The notes beneath the pieces are model-generated. The model had not been told where the DNA came from. It saw only the letters and a program-made list of their open reading frames with translations, and did no database searches. Positions 40,593-49,709 of a stretch of DNA of 64,000 bases are shown here, one piece after another; within the stretch, counting starts at the first letter, position 1; the number at the start of each line of letters is the position of its first letter. Source of the stretch: an uncultured bacterium (lineage in GTDB: Bacteria > Desulfobacterota_D > UBA1144 > Nemesobacterales > UBA2774). The DNA lies in NCBI GenBank assembly GCA_963705505.1, contig CAVPJU010000008.1:31407-95406 (forward strand), read 5' to 3'. The translations under genes were made by a program, and so were the position numbers.

Positions 40593-41078
40593 ATGAAGAG
40601 ATACAGAACCGCTGTCATCATTACCGCCCTGGTAGTCATAATCGACCAGATCTCCAAATGGCTCGTGGTCAGGTACGTGCCGCTTTACGGGAAGGTAAGC
40701 CTGCTGCCCTTCCTCGACGTCACCCATATCAGGAACCCCGGGGCAGCGTTCGGTATCTTCCGCGAGATGCCCGAATCCCTGAGGCTCCCGTTATTCATTG
40801 CCGTCCTCATTACGGCGGTCATAGTCATAATCTACTTCCTCTCCAAGACAGGGACGGGCGACAGGCTCCTCGTCTTCTCGCTCTCTTTAATACTGGGCGG
40901 CGCGATAGGGAACTCGATAGACAGGTTCACGCTCCGGTACGTAACGGATTTCATCGACTTCCACTGGTTCGGGAACCCGGCTCTCCACTGGCCCCCTTTC
41001 AACCTCTCGGATTCCGCTATCACGATCGGTGTTATACTCATATTGCTCGACACTTTCATACTTAAACGGGGCAGGTAG
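40593..41078 (+). CDS. lspA: Lipoprotein signal peptidase
   Basis: DQISK, NPGAAFG, GGAIGNSIDR, VTDF, FNLSD. Confidence 0.96.
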   Translation: MKRYRTAVIITALVVIIDQISKWLVVRYVPLYGKVSLLPFLDVTHIRNPGAAFGIFREMPESLRLPLFIAVLITAVIVIIYFLSKTGTGDRLLVFSLSLILGGAIGNSIDRFTLRYVTDFIDFHWFGNPALHWPPFNLSDSAITIGVILILLDTFILKRGR

Positions 41079-41080
41079 CA

Positions 41081-41713
41081 ATGTTTACGGGGATTGTAGA
41101 GGACATAGGGACGGTCACGGAGATAAAGCGCCGCTCGAAAGAATCCACACTCTCGATCGCGGCAAACAGGATCGATTTAAAAGAAGTCAGGCCGGGCGAC
41201 AGCATATCCGTGAACGGCGCGTGCCTCACCGTAACTTCACTCGGCGGCAATACGTTCACCATGGACGCGTCCCGCGAGACCCTTTCGAGAACCAACCTCG
41301 GGAGGCTCAGGGCAGGCAGCAGAGTGAACCTCGAGCGCTCCTTGAGGGCCGGGGACAGGATGGGCGGGCACATAGTGAACGGGCACGTCGACGGTGTCGG
41401 AAGAGTCAAAGCGAAAAAGAAGAGAGGGAAGTCTATAGAATTCCGGTTCACAGTCCCTGAGGACCTTTCGAGATATATCGTACAAAAAGGCTCTGTCGCC
41501 ATAGACGGCGTTAGCCTGACAGTAAACTCGGCCGGCGGAGACGAATTCGCGGTGAATATAATCCCCTATACGCTTTCGGAAACTACCTTCGGCGGCCTTA
41601 AAACCGGAAGCCGCGTAAATATAGAATGCGATATAATCGGCAAGTATGTGGAAAAGTTCATGACGGGCGCCCGAGAAAAGGAGACCGTCTACCAATCTCC
41701 CGATGAGTCCTGA
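41081..41713 (+). CDS. ribE: Riboflavin synthase (alpha chain)
   Basis: MFTGIV, SVNGACLTV, GGHIVNGHVD, DGVSLTV. Confidence 0.97.
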   Translation: MFTGIVEDIGTVTEIKRRSKESTLSIAANRIDLKEVRPGDSISVNGACLTVTSLGGNTFTMDASRETLSRTNLGRLRAGSRVNLERSLRAGDRMGGHIVNGHVDGVGRVKAKKKRGKSIEFRFTVPEDLSRYIVQKGSVAIDGVSLTVNSAGGDEFAVNIIPYTLSETTFGGLKTGSRVNIECDIIGKYVEKFMTGAREKETVYQSPDES

Positions 41714-42227
41714 ACGGAGGAATTTGAGGAACATTTTTCTTGTCGGCTTCATGGGGGCGGGCAAGACCACGGTCGGCAGGATATTGGCCGGGAGACTCGG
41801 GTACAGGTACTGCGACTCCGACAAGGTCATAGAGACGAAAGCCGGAAAAACGATCCCCGAGATATTCTCGGGGCTCGGGGAAGACCGTTTCAGGGAGCTC
41901 GAGTCGGAGACGCTCGAATCCCTGTCCGGGAAAATAAAGCAGGTGATCGCAACGGGGGGCGGGGCCGTGATGAGGGACAGGAACTGGGATGCGATGAAAA
42001 AGGGCGGAGTCACCGTTTATCTCAAAGCCCCTGCCGAAGTGATATGGAACCGCATAAAACACAGCAAGACCAGGCCCCTTCTCAATGTCGATAACCCTCT
42101 CGAGGCCGCAAAGGATCTGCTGGAAAAACGCATTCCCTTCTACGAAAAGGCCGACCTTACGGTGGACACGGAGAGCCTCTCCGTCGATGAAATCGCTTCC
42201 GAAATCATAAAAAAGCTCCGTATTTAA
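41703..42227 (+). CDS. aroK: Shikimate kinase
   Basis: GFMGAGKTT, FRELE, ATGGG, RPLL. Confidence 0.96.
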   Translation: MSPERRNLRNIFLVGFMGAGKTTVGRILAGRLGYRYCDSDKVIETKAGKTIPEIFSGLGEDRFRELESETLESLSGKIKQVIATGGGAVMRDRNWDAMKKGGVTVYLKAPAEVIWNRIKHSKTRPLLNVDNPLEAAKDLLEKRIPFYEKADLTVDTESLSVDEIASEIIKKLRI

Positions 42228-42284
42228 AGCGGTAATGTTAAGCCGTTTGTTCTTCACGGAAAAATTGATTAAGATTACGGAGCT

Positions 42285-42974
42285 ATGCAGATGCGTTCCC
42301 CGAAACCCGAGGGCAGCAAGAAGAAAAGCCACGAGCTCGGCTCCGAGGACTGGATAGATATATCGGTGCCGCTCTCGGACGGCATGGTGCGCTGGCCCGG
42401 CGACCCTCCCGTGAGGATATTCCGCCTTCAGGACATGGAGAAGGGGGACGATTGCAACCTTACCGCCCTCTCGATGACCGTACATACGGCGACGCATATG
42501 GACGCCCCCTCTCACTTCACGAAATTGAGGACAGGCATAGATAAAATGCCCCTTTCGGCAGTCGTCGGAAACGTGCGTGTAATAGAAATAGACGACAGGG
42601 AAACTATCGGCGTCGGAGAAGTACGCCCCCACCGCATAAGAAAGGGAGAGCGCATACTGTTCAAGACCCGGAACTCGAAAAGGAAGTGGGACAAAAAGCC
42701 ATTCGATGAAAAATTCGTCCACCTCTCGACCGAAGCCGCGATGTACCTGGTCGACCGTCAGGTCCAGACCATAGGGGTCGATTACCTGTCGATAGGGGGA
42801 TATGAGGGGAACGTCGCCGAGGTCCATCACATAATCCTGAACGCCAGGATATGGGTCATAGAGGGACTCGACCTCTCGCGGGTCGAGCCGGGGGATTACG
42901 AGCTCATCTGCCTCCCTATAAAGATAGAGAACTGCGAAGGCGCCCCCGCCCGCGCGCTCCTGCGCCCGGTTTAG
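42285..42974 (+). CDS. Cyclase family / kynurenine formamidase-like
   Basis: HTATHMDAPSH, GVDYLS, IEGLDL, GAPARA. Confidence 0.9.
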   Translation: MQMRSPKPEGSKKKSHELGSEDWIDISVPLSDGMVRWPGDPPVRIFRLQDMEKGDDCNLTALSMTVHTATHMDAPSHFTKLRTGIDKMPLSAVVGNVRVIEIDDRETIGVGEVRPHRIRKGERILFKTRNSKRKWDKKPFDEKFVHLSTEAAMYLVDRQVQTIGVDYLSIGGYEGNVAEVHHIILNARIWVIEGLDLSRVEPGDYELICLPIKIENCEGAPARALLRPV

Positions 42975-43000
42975 ATATAACACGCTCTTCTCACCATATT

Positions 43001-43220
43001 GTCATTTCGAACCAGAGTGTGAGAAATCTATCTTTTGTGTTTCAATTTCTTAAAGACAGATTTCTCGTTTGCACTCGAAATGACAGCGTATGTTAGATTG
43101 ATAAAACGGCAAGGCGAGAACGAAGCTCCCCTTCCTCCTCTGCACCAGCCAACACACGAATCCAACCCGTTCGTCCCGAGCAGGAGCCTGTCCTGAGTTT
43201 ATCGAAGGATCGAAGGACGC
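43001..43220. repeat. REP doublet plus nested CGAAGG-type module
   Basis: GTCATTTCGAACCAGAGTGTGAGAAATCT 43001 and AGATTTCTCGTTTGCACTCGAAATGAC 43058; 43128-43181 is the reverse complement of 45907-45960. Confidence 0.88.
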
Positions 43221-43334
43221 ACGCCGGCTCAATTTCAGGACGGGAGCGCGGACATCAGCACCAACCCTCCGATACCACATAACACCCCGATTATGTATCA
43301 TTTACGAAAGAACAATAAAAAAGGGAGGCCCCAC

Positions 43335-44648
43335 ATGTACGACGGCTCACCGCTTGAATTCTATATAAAGAAATTCTCCGACTACGACCCCATAATCTCC
43401 GCGCACGTGATAGAGACAATGGACGTCGAGGAGAGCGCGGAGGTGTTCAAGAGCCTGCCCGTGAGCGTATCGAAGACAATTTTCGAGAACCTCCAGAACG
43501 AGTACGCGGCGAAGCTCCTGGGCCTGCTCCCCGACGAAATAGCCGGGGAGATCATCCGCAGCATAGAGCCGATTAAGGTCTCGCTCATTGTGAGCGTATG
43601 CCCCATGGCGCTTAAGGACAAGATCGCCCACAACCTCACGGAGAAGCAAAAGCGCGAGATAGGAGAGCTCCTCGAATACCCCAGGGACAGCGTGGGTTAT
43701 ATGATGAGCCCCATTTTCCTGGCGCTCCGGGAGGACCTCAGGATATCCGACGCCGTGAACAAGATTAAGCTCCTGGCGGGGCAGGATAATACACCCCTCT
43801 CCTATGTTTACGTTGTGGACGCGGATTTCAAGCTCGCGGGAGTGCTCAGCATGAGGGACCTGCTCATCGGCGAGCCTCATAAGAAACTCTCGGAGGTGAT
43901 GATTAAAAACGTCTTTTACTTAAACGCGTTCATGGGCCTGGAAGACGCGGCGAGCATAGTATCGAAGCAGAAGTTCTTCGCCGTGCCCGTCGTCGACAGT
44001 AACCAGAAGCTCGTCGGCATAGTGAACACGAGCCAGCTGCTGAGCGACATGCAGGAGGAATATTCGACCGACATACAGACGATATTCGGCGTCTCGAGCG
44101 ACGAAAGGCCTTTTTCAAGCACGCTTTTTTCGCTCAAAAAGAGGCTCCCGTGGCTGAACATAAACCTCGCGACCGCCTTCCTCGCGGGAGGCGTGGTGGC
44201 GATATTCGAGAGCACCATAGCGAAATTGACGGTGCTTGCGGTCTTCCTGCCCATAGTCGCAAGCCAGGGAGGGAACGGGGGCGCCCAGTCCCTCGCCGTC
44301 GTGATGAGGGGGCTCGTGATGCGGGAGATATCGAAGAGCGACTTCCCGAAGCTCCTCTGGAAGGAGGTAAAGCTCGGGCTCATCAACGGGATAATCACCG
44401 GTCTCATTACTGCGCTCATAGCATACCTATGGCAGGGGGACGTTATGCTCGGAGTGGTAGTTGGGCTTGCAATGATTATAAGCCTTCTGATCGCGGGCCT
44501 CTCGGGGGCCATGATACCGATAGGGCTCAAATCCCTGGGCTACGACCCGGCGCAGTCGTCCATGATCATTCTTACGACCGTGACGGATATAATCGGGTTT
44601 GCGGCATTTCTGGGATTAGCTACAATTCTATTCAGTTTGAGTAGATGA
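43335..44648 (+). CDS. mgtE: Magnesium transporter MgtE
   Basis: CBS pair, KRLPWL, GGNGGAQS, DPA, TTVTD; GGAGG RBS before ATG 43335. Confidence 0.93.
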   Translation: MYDGSPLEFYIKKFSDYDPIISAHVIETMDVEESAEVFKSLPVSVSKTIFENLQNEYAAKLLGLLPDEIAGEIIRSIEPIKVSLIVSVCPMALKDKIAHNLTEKQKREIGELLEYPRDSVGYMMSPIFLALREDLRISDAVNKIKLLAGQDNTPLSYVYVVDADFKLAGVLSMRDLLIGEPHKKLSEVMIKNVFYLNAFMGLEDAASIVSKQKFFAVPVVDSNQKLVGIVNTSQLLSDMQEEYSTDIQTIFGVSSDERPFSSTLFSLKKRLPWLNINLATAFLAGGVVAIFESTIAKLTVLAVFLPIVASQGGNGGAQSLAVVMRGLVMREISKSDFPKLLWKEVKLGLINGIITGLITALIAYLWQGDVMLGVVVGLAMIISLLIAGLSGAMIPIGLKSLGYDPAQSSMIILTTVTDIIGFAAFLGLATILFSLSR

Positions 44649-44663
44649 GTGGGACCATCCGGG

Positions 44664-45191
44664 ATGGCGAAGAAAAAAATAAAACTGCTCATAGGAAGAA
44701 AGGAAAAGGTCGATTTCCCGAAGTTGAAGCTCTTCGGGATAGACGCAAAGGTGGACACGGGGGCTTATACCTCGGCGATCCATTGCGACAGCATAAGGGC
44801 GGTGAGAAAAGGCGGCGAGAGGTTCGTGAGATTCAGGCTGCTCGACCCCTCCCACCCCGCTTATGACGGGAAGGAGATCAGGAAGCCCCTCCTCGGAAGA
44901 AGGAAGATAAAGAACTCCTTCGGTCAGACCGAATTCAGGTACATCATAAAAACGCTGATCGAGATTTTCGACAGGAAGTTCGACATAGAGCTCTCGCTCT
45001 CGGACAGGTCCAAAATGGAGCACCCGATACTGCTAGGGAGGAAATTCATACAGGATAAATTTGTCGTGGACGTATCCAGGTTCGACCTTTCGAAGAGAAA
45101 AAAAGCTATCGCTATCAATGAAAACGGGAGACCGGCCGGCGGGAAATCCGGAAAGCGCACTGACGCAGGAAAACCGGAAGCCGAATCCTGA
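44664..45191 (+). CDS. RimK-associated putative aspartic/Zn protease (DUF785-like)
   Basis: IGRKE, AKVDTGAYTSAIH, LSDRSKM..LLGR. Confidence 0.85.
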   Translation: MAKKKIKLLIGRKEKVDFPKLKLFGIDAKVDTGAYTSAIHCDSIRAVRKGGERFVRFRLLDPSHPAYDGKEIRKPLLGRRKIKNSFGQTEFRYIIKTLIEIFDRKFDIELSLSDRSKMEHPILLGRKFIQDKFVVDVSRFDLSKRKKAIAINENGRPAGGKSGKRTDAGKPEAES

Positions 45192-45219
45192 AGATTCGAT
45201 CCGGCGAAGCTCTACCAAC

Positions 45220-45420
45220 CTAGCCCGTCACCTCGACCGCCTCATTCATGAGCGCTTCGGGGAACCTTGCGACCCTGCCGTCCACGAACTGCACCCTGTA
45301 GGACTTCCCGTGGGCGAGATCGAACTCCTCCACTATCGTTCCCTTGAGCCCCTCCTCGAACCGCTCTTTCTTGCCCTCGATCGACCGCTTCAGTACTACC
45401 TTCAACCCTTTTTTATACAT
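45220..45420 (-). CDS. Small hypothetical protein (SH3-like beta pattern)
   Basis: GAGG RBS, MYKKGLKVV..GTIVEE..YRVQF. Confidence 0.6.
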   Translation of the reverse strand: MYKKGLKVVLKRSIEGKKERFEEGLKGTIVEEFDLAHGKSYRVQFVDGRVARFPEALMNEAVEVTG

Positions 45421-45528
45421 CCCGCACCTCTGGTCCACGGAATAAAACGAATGAGAATATATACAAATCCGGGGCTCTTTTGCAAATTGGACGAAAAAAA
45501 TCTAAACCGCGGCGCAAACGGTAGTAAG

Positions 45529-45993
45529 CCCTTCGACTATGCTCAGGATAAACTCCGCGCGGCAAACAAGCCTTTTCTTTAACTTTCCTCTCCCCACTGT
45601 GGGAGAGAACTATTTCGACGAAGAGGAGAAATAGGATGCCATTACCATAACAGCACTTAAGCTAATTGAGCTCTGCCTCATTGTTCCCTAATCCAAATTA
45701 AGGTGAGGGGGGTACCTCAACCTTTTTGTCATTCCCGCGAAAGCGGGAATCCACTTCTTTATTGTTTCCCCATTTTATAAAAACCTAAATCCCCCTTTAA
45801 AAAGGGGGAAAACAATTTTTTAAGCCTGTAATTCCCTCCTTTTATAAAGGAGGGTTAGGGTGGATTTTTTCTTACTATTCGTGTGTAGCTTTCGACCCTT
45901 CGACAAGCTCAGGGTGAACGGGTTAAGATTCGTGTGTTGGCTGGTGCAGAGGAGGAAGGGGGAAATCGAATATGAGCACACATTGTGTGCCCC
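45529..45993. repeat. REP mosaic
   Basis: CCCTTCGACTATGCTCAGGATAAACT 45529; split CCTCTCCCCACTGTGGGAGAG..AGGTGAGGGG; GTCATTCCCGCGAAAGCGGGAATCCA 45728; CCCCCTTTAAAAAGGGGG; AATTCCCTCCTTT..GGAGGGTTAGGGTGGATT 45830; CCCTTCGACAAGCTCAGGGTGAACGG 45896; CACACATTGTGTGCCCC to 45993. Confidence 0.9.
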
Positions 45994-46068
45994 TGCCGTG
46001 CCCGCTTCTACTACTCCCTTACATTGAATCCCTAAAAGTTATATAATGTGATGACGGAGGTGACGCCG

Positions 46069-46776
46069 ATGGCAGAGTTCCTCGATAAGCTGAAAGTCAG
46101 GATTGACAAGGGCATCACGACAGTCAATGTCAAGTCTAAGGAAATAATAGAGAGGCAGAAGATCAGGCTCCATCTGTCGGAGCTCGAGGCCGAGAAAAAG
46201 CTCGTATTTCAGGAGCTGGGAAATCTGACGTACGGCTACTATCAGTCCTGCGGAGGAGAACCGGATTTCACGGGCGGGAAAAAGGTTTCACCCGCCGATG
46301 TGCCCCCGACGCTCGACAAGTGGGACGAGTCCGTTCTCGAAGTGCTGGGGGATATCTCGAAAGGCGCGCTCAAAAACATCCTGTTCGAGGATACGGCCAA
46401 GCAGTTCAAGGTCACCGCGAAGACCCTCTACGAGGAAGTTGAAAAGCTCATTCCGGAATCTGAGAAAAAAGGCCAGAACCTCCAGTGGCTCGGCCGAGTG
46501 CTCGGGAAATTCGGGCTTGCGGCGAAGAAGGTTTCAAAGAGGATAGACGGCGAGCGCGAGACCGTATACGTGTTCGACAAAGAGAAAACACGCTCGATCC
46601 TCGAAAGCGCGGCTCTACGGGCGGGAAAAAGCGAGACTCCCGAAAAACCCGGGAAGGACGTTACCGGCGCTCCCGACATGAACGCTATACTCGCCGGGTG
46701 TAAAAAGCTGGCCGAGATAGATTCCAAGATTGACAAGCTTGAAAAACAGCTGAGGAAGATAGGTGAAAAGGATTAA
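46069..46776 (+). CDS. Hypothetical coiled-coil protein with central globular insert
   Basis: GGAGG RBS, MAEFLDKLK; heptads at both ends. Confidence 0.75.
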   Translation: MAEFLDKLKVRIDKGITTVNVKSKEIIERQKIRLHLSELEAEKKLVFQELGNLTYGYYQSCGGEPDFTGGKKVSPADVPPTLDKWDESVLEVLGDISKGALKNILFEDTAKQFKVTAKTLYEEVEKLIPESEKKGQNLQWLGRVLGKFGLAAKKVSKRIDGERETVYVFDKEKTRSILESAALRAGKSETPEKPGKDVTGAPDMNAILAGCKKLAEIDSKIDKLEKQLRKIGEKD

Positions 46777-46806
46777 GAAGTAAGCCTTTACATCGATGAA
46801 GCCGGA

Positions 46807-47136
46807 TCAGAGCGCTTTTCCGACGACCCTCTCGATCTCACCCTTGGGCACCGCGCCTATAATCTGCTCGACGGCCATCCCCCCCTTGAAAATTATGATC
46901 GTGGGAATGCTTCTTATTCCGAACTTCATTGTCGTCTGCTGGTTTTCGTCAACGTTGAGCTTTCCAACCTTCAGCCTCCCCTGATAAGAAGAAGAAATCT
47001 CCTCGACTATGGGTGCGATCGCCCGGCAGGGTCCGCACCAGGGGGCCCAGAAATCAACCAGCACGGGTGTCTCGCTCTTGATCACTTCCGTGTCGAAGTT
47101 AGAGTCGCTTAATTCGATAATTCCGTTGGCGGCCAT
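46807..47136 (-). CDS. trxA: Thioredoxin
   Basis: WAPWCGPC, IRSIPT. Confidence 0.98.
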   Translation of the reverse strand: MAANGIIELSDSNFDTEVIKSETPVLVDFWAPWCGPCRAIAPIVEEISSSYQGRLKVGKLNVDENQQTTMKFGIRSIPTIIIFKGGMAVEQIIGAVPKGEIERVVGKAL

Positions 47137-47219
47137 AAAAATCTCCTTTCGTATAAACTGAAAAGTATTATATCAGAAATCTTAACCGTGTCACATATTC
47201 ACACGTTTCGCAGCCGGCG

Positions 47220-48776
47220 TTACCGGGATTCCACTTTGTACTCGTGGGTATTGTTTTTGGGCCCGAAGTCCTCGATCTGAACGCTGTTTTTCTCGAGGAT
47301 AGTCCCCTTGGCGTACTCGAGCTCGGCAAGCGAGATGTTATAGCTCGTAATTGCCGTGATCTCCCTCACGCCCGCGTCTATGAGGTCCCTCTGTGCCTCG
47401 AGCACCTCGCGCGTCGTGCCGATGCCGACGTTTAACCTCTCCTGCTCGTTATTAACGACTTCCTTCGCAAGGTCTGTCGACACCTTAGCGGCATCGATTG
47501 CCCGGAGGCTGTTCTGTATCTGTCTTATAGCGCTCCTGACGTCGAGGGCCACGTCCTCCTTCGTCTGGCTCAATACTATGACGCTCCTGTCGAGGTCCGC
47601 CGAAGCCTTTATATAATTACCCTTCGCCGTCCTGTTGAAGATCGGGTAGCTGAAGATGCCGAGCACCTGCCACGTAGTGAAATCGCCTCCCCAGATCTGC
47701 CTGAAAGCGTCGCTCGGGCTGTTGAACTCGGGCGGTATAGGTTCGGGTTGATCACCAAAGCTCAGGCGGTCGGGGTTCTCGTCACCTCCGAGGCCCTGTA
47801 GCTGTATGCTCCCCTCGACGGCGAGACTCGGGAGCCTCTGGTTGGAATAGTATTTCTTCAGCGTCTTCTTGTTTTCTATATCGAGCTCGACCTGGTCTAT
47901 TTCCGGGCGTTCCTCGTAAGCCACCTTAAGCGACTCGTCCTCGCTGAAATGGTAGACCTCCGTCGTAGGCTCATCGACTGCCGCGATCTTCTGGGCAAGG
48001 TCCATCGCCAGAAGGTTTTTCAGGTTATCCTGCGCGGCCTGAAGGACGTTCTCAGCCGTTATAACGTCGACTTCCCTCGCCGCTACCTCCGACTCCGCCT
48101 GCGTAACGGAGACAGGGGGTAGGACTCCGACATCGACCTGTATCTGGTTACGGTTCTTGAGGTCGATCGCGAGATCGAGCGCCGTCCTTTCGAGCTCCAG
48201 GTTCTTCTTCGCAGCCACAACGAGCCAGTAGCGCCTTTCCACCTCGAGGAGGACTTTGGAAACCTCTTTCTCAAGCTCCTTCTCCGAAATCTGGCTTGTC
48301 CTCTTGGCCGTGATAATGAAAGCCCTGTTCACGTCGAGCCCGAAGTTCTTCAAGAGCTCCTGCCCTATGCTGAAATTAACGTTGTTGAACCAGTTGGGGC
48401 TCAGGTCTTCGAGCGGGTTGTTTGTTTTCGTCCAGGTCGTAGAGAAATTAAGGAGGTTGTAAAATGTTCCGGTGGGGAGAGAACCCTGGACATTGGCTTC
48501 AGCGTTGAACTCCTTCTGTATGACCGTTCCGCTCGGGATGAATGTGCTCAGCTCCGGGGTTTGCCCGTCGTTAAAGAACGACACGAGGTTGATCAACGGG
48601 TCGAACACGCCTTCCTGCGTTTTGATCTCTCCCACAGAGACTTCGACATTCTTCTCCTGTATCTGAATGTCCCTGTTATTCTCGAGCGCGATCTTCACCG
48701 CGTCCCTGAGAGTGAGGTCGAGCACACCGCCCGTTCCTGTCATCGAGATCAAAATCAATAAAAGCGTCTTGGTCAT
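47220..48776 (-). CDS. TolC-family outer membrane efflux protein
   Basis: LTLRDAVKIALENN, two OEP-like helical repeats. Confidence 0.9.
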   Translation of the reverse strand: MTKTLLLILISMTGTGGVLDLTLRDAVKIALENNRDIQIQEKNVEVSVGEIKTQEGVFDPLINLVSFFNDGQTPELSTFIPSGTVIQKEFNAEANVQGSLPTGTFYNLLNFSTTWTKTNNPLEDLSPNWFNNVNFSIGQELLKNFGLDVNRAFIITAKRTSQISEKELEKEVSKVLLEVERRYWLVVAAKKNLELERTALDLAIDLKNRNQIQVDVGVLPPVSVTQAESEVAAREVDVITAENVLQAAQDNLKNLLAMDLAQKIAAVDEPTTEVYHFSEDESLKVAYEERPEIDQVELDIENKKTLKKYYSNQRLPSLAVEGSIQLQGLGGDENPDRLSFGDQPEPIPPEFNSPSDAFRQIWGGDFTTWQVLGIFSYPIFNRTAKGNYIKASADLDRSVIVLSQTKEDVALDVRSAIRQIQNSLRAIDAAKVSTDLAKEVVNNEQERLNVGIGTTREVLEAQRDLIDAGVREITAITSYNISLAELEYAKGTILEKNSVQIEDFGPKNNTHEYKVESR

Positions 48777-48895
48777 CTTTACCTCCTGTACAGGTAACTC
48801 TACCGGGGGTATTCATTTATCAATCCGGGCAACTATATATAATTGATCAAATAGGGTTTTTCAATCGGTCACTTTGCTCGTTTCGCCGGGTATTC

Positions 48896-48945
48896 TTGAC
48901 ACCCCGAACCATGACTGGTAATTTGTAAGTAATTACTTACTTACA
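48896..48945 (+). promoter_or_regulatory. tetR promoter with palindromic operator
   Basis: TTGACA-17 nt-TAATTT, immediately followed by perfect palindrome GTAAGTAATTACTTAC (48925-48940). Confidence 0.8.
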
Positions 48946-48965
48946 GCCTACAGGGATAAATCAAA

Positions 48966-49604
48966 ATGTCAACAGATAAGGCGCTTGAGAAAACCGGATT
49001 AGCGGCCAGAGAGAAAGTAAACACCAGGGATAAAATACTCGAGGCTGCGATAAAACTTTTCTCGGAAAAAGGGTTCAACGGCACGACCACGAAAGAAGTC
49101 GCGGAGCTGGCCGAGGTGAACGAAGCCCTTATTTTCAGACACTTTTCCACGAAAAGGGAGCTCTACGGCGCTATAATCGAACGCAAGATACACGAGGAGC
49201 CGGGAATAGAGTTTTCGCTCGAAACCCACAGGGACTCCAAGGACGACCGCCTGGTATTTACGGCGATCGCTTCACGCATGTTCGAAAAATGCGGCAACGA
49301 CCCTTCGTTCATGAGGCTGCTGCACTTCAGCGCGCTCGAGGGACACGACCTCTCCGACATGTTTTTCGATACCTACGTCGAGTACATCAACATGCTCCTC
49401 TCCGATTATATCGAGAGCAGGATATCGGACGGGGCTTTCAAGAACCTGAGCCCCTTTTATGCCTCAAAAGCATTTATCGGGATGGTAGTCAACCAGATAA
49501 TCGTGCAGGAGCTGTTCGGGGAAAAGAAGAAAAATAAAGTTGACCTCGATCAAATGATCGGCACTTTCGTCGAAATTTTTCTCGAAGGCATAAAATCTAA
49601 GTAA
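48966..49604 (+). CDS. TetR/AcrR family regulator
   Basis: ILEAAIKLFSEKGFNGTTTKEVAELAEVNEALIFRHF. Confidence 0.95.
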   Translation: MSTDKALEKTGLAAREKVNTRDKILEAAIKLFSEKGFNGTTTKEVAELAEVNEALIFRHFSTKRELYGAIIERKIHEEPGIEFSLETHRDSKDDRLVFTAIASRMFEKCGNDPSFMRLLHFSALEGHDLSDMFFDTYVEYINMLLSDYIESRISDGAFKNLSPFYASKAFIGMVVNQIIVQELFGEKKKNKVDLDQMIGTFVEIFLEGIKSK

Positions 49605-49671
49605 AACTTAAAGCGCCCGTTTAATAAAGCAAAAACGGGCGTACACCTGAATTCTCCAAGATAAGAATACA

Positions 49672-49696
49672 AATCCGATTCCGGCAAACATCCGTA
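49672..49696 (+). promoter_or_regulatory. Putative ECF (SigK-type) promoter
   Basis: AATCC-16 nt-CGTAA just upstream of ATG 49710. Confidence 0.5.
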
Positions 49697-49709
49697 AGTA
49701 ATAGGCGAT

